Source: a bacterium (GTDB taxonomy: Bacteria > SAR324 > NAC60-12). From it: 64,000 nt of DNA. The notes beneath the pieces are model-generated. The model was not told the origin of the DNA, did no database searches, and worked only from the letters and a program-made list of their open reading frames with translations. The position numbers and the translations under genes are program-made. The stretch is taken from positions 384,001-448,000 of the forward strand of contig CBDDTI010000746.1 of assembly GCA_965233585.1 (NCBI GenBank), in the 5' to 3' direction. Positions 30,447 to 40,907 of this stretch are shown here, piece after piece. Position 1 is the stretch's first letter. Each line of letters begins with the position of its first letter.

Positions 30447-31288
30447 TGGGAGTTGACTTCAGTTTTGAGGTGTTTCCTCCAAAGAATATTATGAATCAAT
30501 TTTCACTTTGGAGGACAATCAATTCTTTTTTGGGGTTAAATCCCAAATTTATCTCTGTCACTTATGGTGCAGGGGGCAATCTGCCTTCTTTTACTTTGGA
30601 AACAGCAGAGGCGATTAGCTCCAACAAAAATACTTCTGTTGCCGCTCACATGTGTTGCATCAACTGTCCCAAAGAGCAAATTGAGGAAATGGCTCATCAG
30701 TACTGGGAAAAGGGGATTCGTCATATTGTTGCATTGAGAGGAGACATTCCCAAAAACTTGCAACATTTAGAACACCATGATTTCAAGTATGCTTCAGATT
30801 TAGTTGCCTTCCTGAAAACTTTACATGATTTTGAGATTTCTGTTGGAGGCTATCCTGAAGTCCACCCTGAAGCCCAGTCATTAGATGAGGATTTAGCAAA
30901 TCTAAAGCAAAAAGTTGAAGCAGGAGCAGATCGCGTGATTACCCAATTTTTCTTTGACCCTGAAGTATTTCTTAGATTCAGAGACCGTGCAACTGCGATT
31001 GGGGTCAACGTCCCAATCATTCCCGGTATTTTGCCAATTCTCAATTTTAAAAAAATGGTATCCTTTGCAGGCAAATGTCAAACTCAGGTCCCAGACTTTT
31101 TGCATGAAATGTTTGGTAACCTAGACTCCAGAAGTCTGGAACATCAGCTTTTAGCCATGAATATTCTCACACATCAAGTGACAAGACTGATTGATGAGGG
31201 CGTTGATTTTTTCCACTTCTACACATTAAATGAAACCATTGAGACCTATCACATCTGCCGTTGGCTTCGTGCCGCATTTCCAGTTTGA
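30446..31288 (+). CDS. metF: 5,10-methylenetetrahydrofolate reductase
   Basis: SFEVFPPK, SVTYGAGG, ALRGD, YPEVHPEA, ITQFFFD, HFYTLN. Confidence 0.95.
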   Translation: MGVDFSFEVFPPKNIMNQFSLWRTINSFLGLNPKFISVTYGAGGNLPSFTLETAEAISSNKNTSVAAHMCCINCPKEQIEEMAHQYWEKGIRHIVALRGDIPKNLQHLEHHDFKYASDLVAFLKTLHDFEISVGGYPEVHPEAQSLDEDLANLKQKVEAGADRVITQFFFDPEVFLRFRDRATAIGVNVPIIPGILPILNFKKMVSFAGKCQTQVPDFLHEMFGNLDSRSLEHQLLAMNILTHQVTRLIDEGVDFFHFYTLNETIETYHICRWLRAAFPV

Positions 31289-32247
31289 CATCAGTGCAAG
31301 CTCCTAAATTAGCCACGATTCACTATTCATCTTCCTATAAAAAACGTTCTGCCACCGCTAAAAAATTCAAAAGAGACTTCAACTACTGGCTTCTCAAAAA
31401 TGGTTTTTTACTAGGTTCTACTCTACCTTTAAGCTGGTTACAGTGTTTGGGTAGAAGTCTCGGGAAGCTGGCATTTTTGCTTTTAAAACGTGAACGAAAG
31501 ATTGTCAAAGATCAGCTCAAAATGGCATTTCCTGACATTCATTCAGCACAAAGAGACATTTGGACGTATGAATGTTTTCAGCACTTTGGAAGTTTGTTAT
31601 TTGAAGTTTTGGCAACTCGTCAAATTTGTCAAAATCTGAATCAATATTTGACGGTTTACGGTGAGGAATATCTTGAAGAAGGATTTCAAAGAGGGCGTGG
31701 AACTATCATTTTAGGCATTCATCTTGGAAATTGGGAGGCATTCATCTCCTATTTTTCTCAAACTCCTTATCGCTTAAAAGTTGTTGCAACACAAATGTAT
31801 GACGACCGCTTGAATCAAATCTTAGAAAACTTACGAAAATCTTCAAATACAGTCTCGCTCCCCCGAAACCAAGAAGGAGGTTGGAGAATGATCCTAGACT
31901 CTTTCAAAAAAAATGAGTGTTTTGCTGTCTTGATTGACCAAGATACCAATGTTCCCAGTTGCTTTGTTCCCTTTTTTGACCACCTTGCAAAAACGCCAAC
32001 GATTGCCGCACGGCTTGCCCTCAAAACAGGAGCATTAGTTGTCAGCTCAAACATTGTGAGGCAATCTGATGGACACTTCGTCCTTGAACTAGAAAGGGTG
32101 GGGGCTTTTGATAAACAACATGATGATGTTGAAAGTGTAACAACAAAATTCAACCAACATATTGAGACGATGATTAGGAGAACTCCAGCACAATGGTCAT
32201 GGTTTCACAGACGTTGGAAGTCAAAGCCTGAACAAATTGAAGCATGA
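31261..32247 (+). CDS. Lipid A acyltransferase (LpxL/HtrB family)
   Basis: HLGNWE, LIDQD, PAQWSWFHRRWK; start uncertain. Confidence 0.88.
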   Translation: MASCRISSLTSVQAPKLATIHYSSSYKKRSATAKKFKRDFNYWLLKNGFLLGSTLPLSWLQCLGRSLGKLAFLLLKRERKIVKDQLKMAFPDIHSAQRDIWTYECFQHFGSLLFEVLATRQICQNLNQYLTVYGEEYLEEGFQRGRGTIILGIHLGNWEAFISYFSQTPYRLKVVATQMYDDRLNQILENLRKSSNTVSLPRNQEGGWRMILDSFKKNECFAVLIDQDTNVPSCFVPFFDHLAKTPTIAARLALKTGALVVSSNIVRQSDGHFVLELERVGAFDKQHDDVESVTTKFNQHIETMIRRTPAQWSWFHRRWKSKPEQIEA

Positions 32248-32930
32248 ACCAGACTTATTGCGATTTAGGTTTTGCAAAAATAGACTCCAGCCGTCAGACA
32301 CGCAAAGGGTTTCCAGAAGTGATTTATGGTCAAGGAAAGACACTAGAGCAGTTGACAAAAATTTTAGAGTTGTATCAAAAAAACCAAACAAACCTTTTCA
32401 TCACACGCTTGCCTGAACACTTTGAACCAGTCATCAAAAGTGAATGGAATTTTGGACATTATAACTCTGTTGCCAAAACCTTCACTTACACTCCAATACC
32501 TGTTCAAGCCTTTGGTGATGCTGTGATTATCAGTGCGGGAACGTCGGACATTCCTGTCGCTGAAGAAGCAAAAGAGACCTTGGCAGTGATGGGCAATCAT
32601 GTTGAGGTCATTTATGACTGCGGGGTCGCAGGTTTGCATCGTTTGTTAGACTGTGTGGAACGATTGAGGCAGGCTCGTGTTGTGATTGTCATCGCTGGAA
32701 TGGACGGGGCATTGCCTTCTGTTGTGGGTGGTTTAATTTCAACTCCGATTATTGCTGTTCCAACATCAGCGGGCTATGGTGCATCTTTTCATGGTGTTTC
32801 TGCATTGCTTGCCATGTTGAACACCTGTGCGCCGGGGGTGGTCGTTGTCAACATTGACAATGGATTTGGTGCAGGGTATTTTGCCAGCTCTATCAATCGT
32901 TATGATGCACCCGTTCAACAAAGTTCTTGA
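32244..32930 (+). CDS. larB: Nickel-pincer cofactor biosynthesis protein LarB (AIR carboxylase-like)
   Basis: RKGFPEVIYG, AGTSDIPVAEEA, AGMDGALPS, VPTSAGYG, VVNIDNGFGA. Confidence 0.9.
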   Translation: MNQTYCDLGFAKIDSSRQTRKGFPEVIYGQGKTLEQLTKILELYQKNQTNLFITRLPEHFEPVIKSEWNFGHYNSVAKTFTYTPIPVQAFGDAVIISAGTSDIPVAEEAKETLAVMGNHVEVIYDCGVAGLHRLLDCVERLRQARVVIVIAGMDGALPSVVGGLISTPIIAVPTSAGYGASFHGVSALLAMLNTCAPGVVVVNIDNGFGAGYFASSINRYDAPVQQSS

Positions 32931-33733
32931 CTATGCCTGTTGCATTATTTCAAAAACAAAAAGTTCACTTTCAGGTAGAAGGAGACCATGGGGCTTGGAT
33001 TATGTTGTACCCTCCACTTGGTGAAAGCATACAGAACTGGTACCGCCAATCTTTTGTCAAATCCCTTGCCAAATCCTATCGCTTAATTTTGATTGACCCT
33101 CTAGGACAAGGTTTAAGTGACTGCCCTGATGAGCCTTATTTTTATACGCTTGCACATCGTTCAAAACAAATTGTAGAAGTACTACGAGAATTGAGAGTGA
33201 CTCATGCTTATTTTGTTGGCTTAGGTTTAGGTTCACAAACAGGCTTTGCACTGGCAGACCGCCTTCCTAAAATTTTGCGTTCTCTAATCATTATGAAGTC
33301 GCACCCCTACCCTATCACGATTGGTGCGCCAGAAATTCAAAACTTGGCTGAACGCATTCAAAAGAAAGGCTCGCAAGCCTATTGTCAATATCTGTCAAAA
33401 GGCACTTCTCTTGATAAAGCAAGGGAACAAGACATTTTGCAAATTCCGCCTCATGCTTTAATTCATGCTTTACAGGCACTTTGTCAATGGCAAGGTTTAA
33501 GCGTCCCTTTAGAAGAGTTTCAAAGTTCAGGCATGTTTATTATTGGTAGAAATGAAGAGCAGTTTGCAACGATTCGTGATGCCTCCAACAGAATGCCCAA
33601 GTTCCGCTATCAGATTTTGTCTCATTTAGAATTTGTGCAGGGGTGGCCTGACCATCACGTTTTAGTCCCTGAATTGACCAACTTTTTTGAACGTAGAAGA
33701 ACATCACGCATTGAACCAGTTGATGAACCTTGA
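32927..33733 (+). CDS. Alpha/beta hydrolase-fold protein, probably lacking the catalytic Ser
   Basis: LIDPLGQGLSD motif; nucleophile elbow reads G-L-G-L-G. Confidence 0.7.
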   Translation: MTMPVALFQKQKVHFQVEGDHGAWIMLYPPLGESIQNWYRQSFVKSLAKSYRLILIDPLGQGLSDCPDEPYFYTLAHRSKQIVEVLRELRVTHAYFVGLGLGSQTGFALADRLPKILRSLIIMKSHPYPITIGAPEIQNLAERIQKKGSQAYCQYLSKGTSLDKAREQDILQIPPHALIHALQALCQWQGLSVPLEEFQSSGMFIIGRNEEQFATIRDASNRMPKFRYQILSHLEFVQGWPDHHVLVPELTNFFERRRTSRIEPVDEP

Positions 33734-33736
33734 GAC

Positions 33737-34732
33737 ATGAAATGGTTGCTTTTTTTCACCATTGCCTATTGCAGTCATGTATACGCACAAAGTTTGATTA
33801 AAAATCAAAATGCACCGGGTGTTTTGACACAGTTGTCGGGCAAAGTAGAAGTCATCAAACAAGATGTTCCTGACCCTATCAGGGCAGAAGAAGGGACGTT
33901 GCTTTACATAGGAGACCAGCTTCAAACTTCTGAAACGGCACAAGCTACATTGCTTCTGCGTGGCGGTTCAGTCATTCGGCTTTATGCAGGAACTCAGCTA
34001 AGCCTTGATGAATCCATTGAAAACCAAGAGTCTCAAGCCCGTTTTTTTCATCATCAACTTCGTTTGGTCTCCGGTGAGTTATGGGCAAATTTTTTGCCTT
34101 TTAGACAATCATTGAAAATCCATCTTTCGCAAGTTGCTGTTGATGTTTGGTCTGGAATTTTACGTTTTCAGGAGGCTCAACAAGCAAGCTCTGTTTTAGT
34201 TGCAGAAGGCTTAGCCTCTGTCTCAAACTCAAATTCTCAAACTAAACTTTCTGCTGGACTCTGGCTTCCTCAAGTCAAAAAAGAAGATGATTTAAAGCAA
34301 AAAACAAAACCCATTCCATATCATCTAAAATTGTTTACTGAAGATCACAGCTTTCGCCTCCAGTCATCTGATGAGGTGTTTTTTAGACTTGGTTTACAAC
34401 TGGTCAAAACAGAAACAGGAGAAAACCTGCATCGCTCTATGAAAGTTTATTTGGATTCTGATTACTACCACCTCACTTTTCCTAAAGAAGTGGAGTTAGA
34501 CCAATATGGTTTTGCAGTGGTGTTGCTTTCTATCAAAGCGCCTAGATTTGATGACAAATCATTCAATGGTCAGGTGATTATCAGGGCAGGAGTCCATCAA
34601 CTCGGGGGATATGATCAAGGTGATGGAAACCTTTTGTTAAACATCAATGCACTACCACAATTCAAAAGATTTCGTAGTCATGCCCAAACGGGCAAATTGA
34701 CCCAAGAAGATAGATTGCGTAGCCTATTTTAA
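33737..34732 (+). CDS. Exported FecR-domain protein
   Basis: Signal peptide; G..L..GD.L.T...A.L...GS.IRL...T.L pattern. Confidence 0.7.
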   Translation: MKWLLFFTIAYCSHVYAQSLIKNQNAPGVLTQLSGKVEVIKQDVPDPIRAEEGTLLYIGDQLQTSETAQATLLLRGGSVIRLYAGTQLSLDESIENQESQARFFHHQLRLVSGELWANFLPFRQSLKIHLSQVAVDVWSGILRFQEAQQASSVLVAEGLASVSNSNSQTKLSAGLWLPQVKKEDDLKQKTKPIPYHLKLFTEDHSFRLQSSDEVFFRLGLQLVKTETGENLHRSMKVYLDSDYYHLTFPKEVELDQYGFAVVLLSIKAPRFDDKSFNGQVIIRAGVHQLGGYDQGDGNLLLNINALPQFKRFRSHAQTGKLTQEDRLRSLF

Positions 34733-34826
34733 TTCATCATTAATGGCAAAAGACTTTGGAGTACAAATTGTCTATAATGATTAACTTAGATTTCATTTTT
34801 CGTTTTAATTGATTAATTTTAAATAC

Positions 34827-35915
34827 ATGAAAGCATCGTTAGTTTTAAAAAGTGGTTTAGTGTTTGAGGGCGTTTTGAGGGGGGCGATTCGCAAGGTTTC
34901 AGGCGAGGTTGTTTTTAATACAGGAATGACAGGTTATCAGGAAGTTTTAACTGACCCATCGTATGCAGGGCAAATTGTGGTGATGACTTATCCTCATATT
35001 GGCAACTATGGAATCAATGATGCAGATTTTCAGTCTAGGCAGGCTTTTCTTTCTGCATTGGTTGTGAGTGAATTAAACGACATTCCAAGTAACTGGCAGT
35101 CCTCGCAATCACTGGAGACATGGCTTGTTTCCCAAAACGTCCCATTGTTAGAAGGCATTGACACCCGTGCTTTAGTCCGTGCCATTCGCAATTCTGGAGC
35201 AGAGCCTGCTGTGCTGATTCCCCACGATTCAGAAGATGCAATGCAGTCTTTGCATCAGGAGTCTCAGAATTTGTTGAACATGGAAGGCATGAACCTTGTC
35301 AGCCAAGTTTCTACTTCCAAAGTCATTCAACACAAACTCAACGCCCATGCCAAGTACAAAATCATTGCCTACGATTTTGGAATCAAACGCAACATTATTT
35401 CACTTTTAGAGCAACAAGGTATGCAACTCACCATTGTCCCTTGGGACTACTCTGCTGAAAAAGTGTTGCAAGCCAAACCTGATGGAGTCTTTCTGTCTAA
35501 CGGACCCGGAGACCCTAGTGCTGTAACTTGTGCCATTGGAAATGTGAAAGCGTTGCTTGGGAAAGTGCCAATTTTTGGAATTTGCTTGGGACACCAAATT
35601 TTATCATTGGCATTAGGTGCAACGACCTATAAATTGAAGTTTGGGCATCATGGTTCAAACCACCCTGTGATGGATTACACCACAGGCAAGGTTGAAATCA
35701 CCAGCCAAAATCATGGTTTTGCAGTCACAGAAGAATCTTTGACAACCATCGCAAAAGTCACGCATAGGAACTTAAACGACCAAACCATTGCAGGCATAGA
35801 GTCTTTAAAGTATCCTGCGTATTCAGTGCAGTATCACCCCGAAGGTGGTCCTGGTCCAAATGATTCTCACTATCTATTTGAACGTTTTGCACAACTGATC
35901 AATCAATCTTCCTAA
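34827..35915 (+). CDS. carA: Carbamoyl-phosphate synthase small subunit
   Basis: GEVVFNTGMTGYQE, SNGPGDP, GICLGHQ, SQNHGF, VQYHPE. Confidence 0.97.
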   Translation: MKASLVLKSGLVFEGVLRGAIRKVSGEVVFNTGMTGYQEVLTDPSYAGQIVVMTYPHIGNYGINDADFQSRQAFLSALVVSELNDIPSNWQSSQSLETWLVSQNVPLLEGIDTRALVRAIRNSGAEPAVLIPHDSEDAMQSLHQESQNLLNMEGMNLVSQVSTSKVIQHKLNAHAKYKIIAYDFGIKRNIISLLEQQGMQLTIVPWDYSAEKVLQAKPDGVFLSNGPGDPSAVTCAIGNVKALLGKVPIFGICLGHQILSLALGATTYKLKFGHHGSNHPVMDYTTGKVEITSQNHGFAVTEESLTTIAKVTHRNLNDQTIAGIESLKYPAYSVQYHPEGGPGPNDSHYLFERFAQLINQSS

Positions 35916-36115
35916 AAAGAAATTTGATGATTAGTGAGCAAACCTTGACCCTAAAATTCCCAATTTGAGCATTGAGCAAGAATGCCCTGAAATTGGAAAA
36001 ATCTAGTTTTCACGCATTTTAATCTTTAATCCTAACCTCTCTTCAGGCAGGCGTAGAATCTCGCCTTCACTCCAAATGACAAAAACTCAAGAGCCTTTGA
36101 AAACATTTAAAAAAC

Positions 36116-39100
36116 ATGTATTTCCCTCAATCTTTTATAAAAAGTGAAAACATTCCTCTTTGGATTCCAAAGAAAGTTCAAAAACATTTTGAATATTCTG
36201 ATGAAACAGAGGATGAACAATATTTGTTGGAATGTATCAGAACAACTGATGATCTGAGCAATCAGTCAAGTGAATTGGTCAGTCAAGTGAGGGCTTGGTC
36301 TTCTGAATACCATTTTTCACTCCGAAGGAGCAACCTGCTACGTCCCCTGAAGCTCAACAAAAATCATTCTATACTAGAACTCGGTGCTGGTTGTGGAGCA
36401 ATCACACGTTACTTAGGGGAAACTTGCAAAAGTGTCGTTGCTATTGAAGGTAAGCTATCAAGAGCAACGATTGCCGCAAATCGTTGTAGAGATTTGGACA
36501 ATGTCAACGTTCTTTGCAATGATTTTTTTGATGTTCAAATGGAACAAAAGTTTGATATTGTGACCTTGATTGGAGTTTTAGAACATAGTCAAACTTTTGC
36601 CAAACATCATTCCAATCCTTATGAAGCAACGATTAAAATTGCCCAAAGTTTTCTCTCTCCAAATGGAATACTAATCATTGCTATTGAAAATAAGTTGGGT
36701 TTGAAATACTTCAGTGGTTGTGTAGAAGACCACACAGGTCTTTTATACAAGGGATTGGAAGGATACGATCCTCATAGTCAAGTCAAAACTTTTGGTAAAT
36801 ATGAATTGCAACAACTTTTAAAAAAGGCAGGCTTCGCCTCACAAGAATTTCTTTACCCCTTTCCAGATTACAAGATTCCTTCTTGTGTTTTAAGACTAGA
36901 TCACTATGATTCCTCGCAAAAGCCATTTTTTTACCAGTGGTTAGATTTTGGTAATTGCATTGAACACACTTACAAAAGAACGCATTTTTTCCAAGAATAT
37001 CTTGTCGCAAAAGAGTTAGAAAAAAATTTTTTATTGGCAGATTTTGCTAATTCTTTTCTAATCGTTTCATCTGCGAATCAAACGAACATTGAAAAGCTTT
37101 TTGAAAAAGAATGGCTCGCTAAAAAGTACAGTGTCTTGAGAAAAAAGAAATACACGACCGAAGTTTGTTTATCATTAGAAAATGATCATTTTTTTATCAA
37201 AAGAAGTCTCCTATATCCACAACAAAGTTGTGTTGAAGAATCTAAAAAGCTGATTCAACATCAGTTGGTAGAAAATCAAGAATTTATAGAAGGTACTTTA
37301 TTGATTGAAGATTTGATAAGAGAACTCAAAACAAAAGGGAAAAATCTTACACTAATCTTGGGAGACTGGTACCATTTTTTAAATCAAAATCTTAATGAAA
37401 ATGGAAAGTTAGACGGAAAATATTTTGATTGTTCTCCTTGGAATCTTATGAGGGACAGTCAGGGGAACATCCATTTTTTTGATCAAGAATGGTGTTGTGT
37501 CAAGGACATTGACCCAAATTTTGTCATAGTGCGTTGTCTAATCGGGCTTTATTCTTCTTTAGAAGATTTAATTCAAAAATATCTTGAATTTCAAGGTTGT
37601 CAGCAGACATGTTCTCATTTTATCAAGCATTGTTTTCAATCTTTAAAAATCCCTCCTTTGAGTAATAGACAGATTCTTGATTTATTAGACCAAGAATTTA
37701 ATATCCAAAAAGAAATCCATCACGGAGAAGTCCTTGATAAAAAAGACTTTATGGGCTTGTTCTTTCCAGAGTACGATTCTTTACAAAAACAACATTCTAA
37801 AATAGACAATATTTTTTCTAAAATGAAAAATAAGATCTTTAAAAAAATCAAATCATGGAGGGAGATTCCAAATAAAAATAAAATTGATTTTATTTTTAAA
37901 GACATTTGTAGTATTGCTTACCATAAAACAAGAAACTTGACGCTCCCAATCGTAACTAAAGGGGTCATCGTTTTAGATCAAATCATTTTCAAAAATCAAT
38001 GGGGCATTCCTATTTCAAGAGAGTGGGGATATCAACAATGGTTGCTGCAGTATTATCCCAAAATGGGAGACTTAAATACGATGAAGGTGAGACAAAATGA
38101 GTTTCAATACAGACCTAAAATCAGCATCATTGTCCCTGTCTATAACACGCCTAAAGATTTTCTGACTAAAATGTTAGATTCTGTATTAAATCAAGTTTAC
38201 ACAAACTGGGAGCTTTGCATTGCAGATGATTGTTCAAACCAACCCCATGTGAAGAAAATTTTGGAAGAATACATCAAAAGAGACCAGCGAATTAAAGTAG
38301 TGTACCGAGCAGAAAACGGACACATTTCTGCTGCTTCAAATTCTGCCATAGAGATTGCCACAGGTGAGTTTATTTCTTTGTTGGATCATGATGACGCAAT
38401 CACACTGCATGCACTGTATAAAGTTGTGGAACTCTTAAATCAGTTTCCTGAGGCAGACATGATCTATTCTGACGAAGACAAGATTGATGAAAATGATATT
38501 ATCAGTCATCCTTTTTTCAAACCAGATTGGTCTCCTGATTATTTTCTCAGCACCATGTACACCTGCCATTTGGGGACTTACCGCAAGTCACTGGTTGACA
38601 AAATTGGTGGTTTTCGTATTGGCTATGAAGGGTCACAGGATTATGACTTAGTACTAAGATTGACAGAAGAGACAGACAAAATCTTTCATATTCCAGACAT
38701 TTTATACCACTGGAGAATGCACGAAAACTCAACAGCATTAAATTCAAATTCAAAACTATACGCTTATGAAATCGCTTTAAAAGTCGTTGATGATGCACTT
38801 AAGAGAAGAAACGAATTGGCAACAGTCCATCACGTGCAAAATTATCTAGGAGACTATCGTGTCCGTTACATAATCAGAGAATACAAACTTGTCAGCATCA
38901 TTATTCCTACAAGGGATCGTAGCGAGATGTTGTCAAATTGCTTAAAATCCATTTTTAACAAAAGCTTCTATCCAAACTTTGAAGTCATCATCTTAGACAA
39001 TGGTAGCAAAGAAAAAGCAACACATGATTTATTTGAAAAGTGGAAACGACAAGAAAAAAATAGATTTAAGGTGGTGTCATTAGATGAGCCTTTCAATTAT

Positions 39101-39808
39101 TCTGCAGTGAATAATCATGCTGTCAGATATGCAGATGGAAAATACTTGTTATTTCTGAATAATGATATAGAAGTCATTTCCTCTGACTGGATTGATGCAA
39201 TGGTAGAACAAGCTCAAAGACCAAGTATTGGTGCGGTGGGAGGATTGTTACTTTATGCTGACGATACAATACAACATGCAGGGGTTGTGGTAGGTTTAGG
39301 CGGAACTGCGGCACATAGTCATCGTGGTTTAAACAAAAATGATGCTGGATATTTTGGACGGGTGGTTTGCATCTCTAATTGTAGTGCTGTGACGGGTGCA
39401 TGCCTAATGTGCCGCAAAGAAGTCTTTGAGGAAGTTGGAGGGTTTGAGGAAAAGCTAGCCGTCAATTACAACGATGTGGACTTGTGCCTGAAAATGCTGG
39501 AGAAGGGTTATAGAAATGTTTACTTACCTCACGTTCAGTTATACCATTACGAGTCACAAACAAGAAAAACTGTGGGAGACAGCCATCAGCAAGAAAAAGA
39601 TTTTTTAATCAAAAAATGGGGTCAATATGTTGAAAACGACCCCTATTACAACCCTAATCTCAGAAAGGACAACGAACATTTTCTTTATCATAAAGCCCCA
39701 CATATTTCATTAGCTAAAAAAATTTATAACTGGTTTTATTTACGGAAAGGGTCAACTCTGTTAGAATATTTGAATGATTTTTGTTTTGCCATCAAAAAAC
39801 GAATTTAA
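36116..39808 (+). CDS. SAM-methyltransferase / double GT2 glycosyltransferase fusion
   Basis: LELGAGCG; ISIIVPVYN...ADDCS...LDHDD...YSDED; VSIIIPTRD...LNND...AVTGACL. Confidence 0.88.
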   Translation: MYFPQSFIKSENIPLWIPKKVQKHFEYSDETEDEQYLLECIRTTDDLSNQSSELVSQVRAWSSEYHFSLRRSNLLRPLKLNKNHSILELGAGCGAITRYLGETCKSVVAIEGKLSRATIAANRCRDLDNVNVLCNDFFDVQMEQKFDIVTLIGVLEHSQTFAKHHSNPYEATIKIAQSFLSPNGILIIAIENKLGLKYFSGCVEDHTGLLYKGLEGYDPHSQVKTFGKYELQQLLKKAGFASQEFLYPFPDYKIPSCVLRLDHYDSSQKPFFYQWLDFGNCIEHTYKRTHFFQEYLVAKELEKNFLLADFANSFLIVSSANQTNIEKLFEKEWLAKKYSVLRKKKYTTEVCLSLENDHFFIKRSLLYPQQSCVEESKKLIQHQLVENQEFIEGTLLIEDLIRELKTKGKNLTLILGDWYHFLNQNLNENGKLDGKYFDCSPWNLMRDSQGNIHFFDQEWCCVKDIDPNFVIVRCLIGLYSSLEDLIQKYLEFQGCQQTCSHFIKHCFQSLKIPPLSNRQILDLLDQEFNIQKEIHHGEVLDKKDFMGLFFPEYDSLQKQHSKIDNIFSKMKNKIFKKIKSWREIPNKNKIDFIFKDICSIAYHKTRNLTLPIVTKGVIVLDQIIFKNQWGIPISREWGYQQWLLQYYPKMGDLNTMKVRQNEFQYRPKISIIVPVYNTPKDFLTKMLDSVLNQVYTNWELCIADDCSNQPHVKKILEEYIKRDQRIKVVYRAENGHISAASNSAIEIATGEFISLLDHDDAITLHALYKVVELLNQFPEADMIYSDEDKIDENDIISHPFFKPDWSPDYFLSTMYTCHLGTYRKSLVDKIGGFRIGYEGSQDYDLVLRLTEETDKIFHIPDILYHWRMHENSTALNSNSKLYAYEIALKVVDDALKRRNELATVHHVQNYLGDYRVRYIIREYKLVSIIIPTRDRSEMLSNCLKSIFNKSFYPNFEVIILDNGSKEKATHDLFEKWKRQEKNRFKVVSLDEPFNYSAVNNHAVRYADGKYLLFLNNDIEVISSDWIDAMVEQAQRPSIGAVGGLLLYADDTIQHAGVVVGLGGTAAHSHRGLNKNDAGYFGRVVCISNCSAVTGACLMCRKEVFEEVGGFEEKLAVNYNDVDLCLKMLEKGYRNVYLPHVQLYHYESQTRKTVGDSHQQEKDFLIKKWGQYVENDPYYNPNLRKDNEHFLYHKAPHISLAKKIYNWFYLRKGSTLLEYLNDFCFAIKKRI

Positions 39809-40020
39809 AAAATATGCAAAAAAATAATTCAACCATCTTTTACCGTCTTTTGTTTTTTCTGACCATAGCTAAAAAAATTTATAACTGGTTTTATTTACGG
39901 AAAGGGTCAACTCTGTTAGAATATTTGAATGATTTTTGTTTTGCCATCAAAAAACGAATTTAAAAAATATGCAAAAAAATAATTCAACCATCTTTTACCG
40001 TCTTTTGTTTTTTCTGACCA
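39711..40020. repeat. 155-bp tandem duplication
   Basis: 39711-39865 repeated at 39866-40020 with no difference seen. Confidence 0.95.
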
Positions 40021-40895
40021 TGTTTCTCCTTCCTTTTATGGCTTCAGGTTGCCAAAGCTGTCAAGAAAAATCAGGTTCATCTTCAGATTTAGCTAGATGT
40101 ACGGGGAACATTTTTAGACCAGAAGAAACAGACAATGACATTAAAGATTTAGTTGATGATATTGACAACATTGAAAGCCCCGCAGAAGTCAGCATTTCAG
40201 AAGAAGGTACGGAGTTTGACGTCTTCAAAACAGAAGTCACCAATAAGCAGTTTGCATCTTTTCTTCGTGAAAAAAATACAAAAGAAAGCGAAAAAGATGA
40301 TGGTGAAACCAATGACTGCAATTTAGATGATGACGAATCCGCTTTGTGCTACCAATTCAATGGAGGAGGAAGTGACGGCGAGGCTGAATCCAGAATCAAT
40401 TCAGACTATTCTGTTGATTCAGGTCACGATGACCACCCTGTTAATTACGTCTCTTGGTATGCCGCTGATGCTTATTGTAAAGTCCTTGATAAAAGATTGC
40501 CAACAGCGGCAGAATGGAAATTGATTGCCAAAGGTAATAACTCTGATGTTTATCCTTGGGGAAGTAGTGCAGATTGTGCTTCTGTGAATGCCAAAGTGAA
40601 CGATGGTGATTTTTGTTCCGACAAAGGAATCACTTCTGCCAATGGTGCAAAAGGAGTTGCAAATCACGATGATGGTGATGTGCTGCACATCTCAGGCAAT
40701 GTTGCAGAATGGGTTTCTGACAAAGTTGGTGATGATGACGACGATGACGAAACAGAAGACAAAGACAAGAAAAGGCTTGCCAAAGGAGGTTCTTGGGATA
40801 GCAATGCTGATTCTCTGAAAATAGAGGCATCTGGACGAGAGCTGACCCCAAGTGCAACTGACCATAACATAGGCTTCCGATGTGTCTCTGATTAG
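39969..40895 (+). CDS. FGE-sulfatase (SUMF1, C-type lectin fold) domain lipoprotein
   Basis: ASGC lipobox; TEVTN, HPVNYVSW, RLPTAAEW, YPWG, SGNVAEW, GGSW, IGFRC. Confidence 0.88.
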   Translation: MQKNNSTIFYRLLFFLTMFLLPFMASGCQSCQEKSGSSSDLARCTGNIFRPEETDNDIKDLVDDIDNIESPAEVSISEEGTEFDVFKTEVTNKQFASFLREKNTKESEKDDGETNDCNLDDDESALCYQFNGGGSDGEAESRINSDYSVDSGHDDHPVNYVSWYAADAYCKVLDKRLPTAAEWKLIAKGNNSDVYPWGSSADCASVNAKVNDGDFCSDKGITSANGAKGVANHDDGDVLHISGNVAEWVSDKVGDDDDDDETEDKDKKRLAKGGSWDSNADSLKIEASGRELTPSATDHNIGFRCVSD

Positions 40896-40907
40896 GCATT
40901 TACAAAA

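Noticed and set aside
36035..36085. Fourth copy of the REP-like element
   Set aside because: Only fragments (CCTCTCTT, GAATCTC, AAATGACAA); too degenerate to call
39969..40895. FGE/C-type lectin protein as a diversity-generating retroelement target
   Set aside because: No reverse transcriptase and no adenine-variant template copy of its 3' end in the window; a remote DGR cannot be excluded
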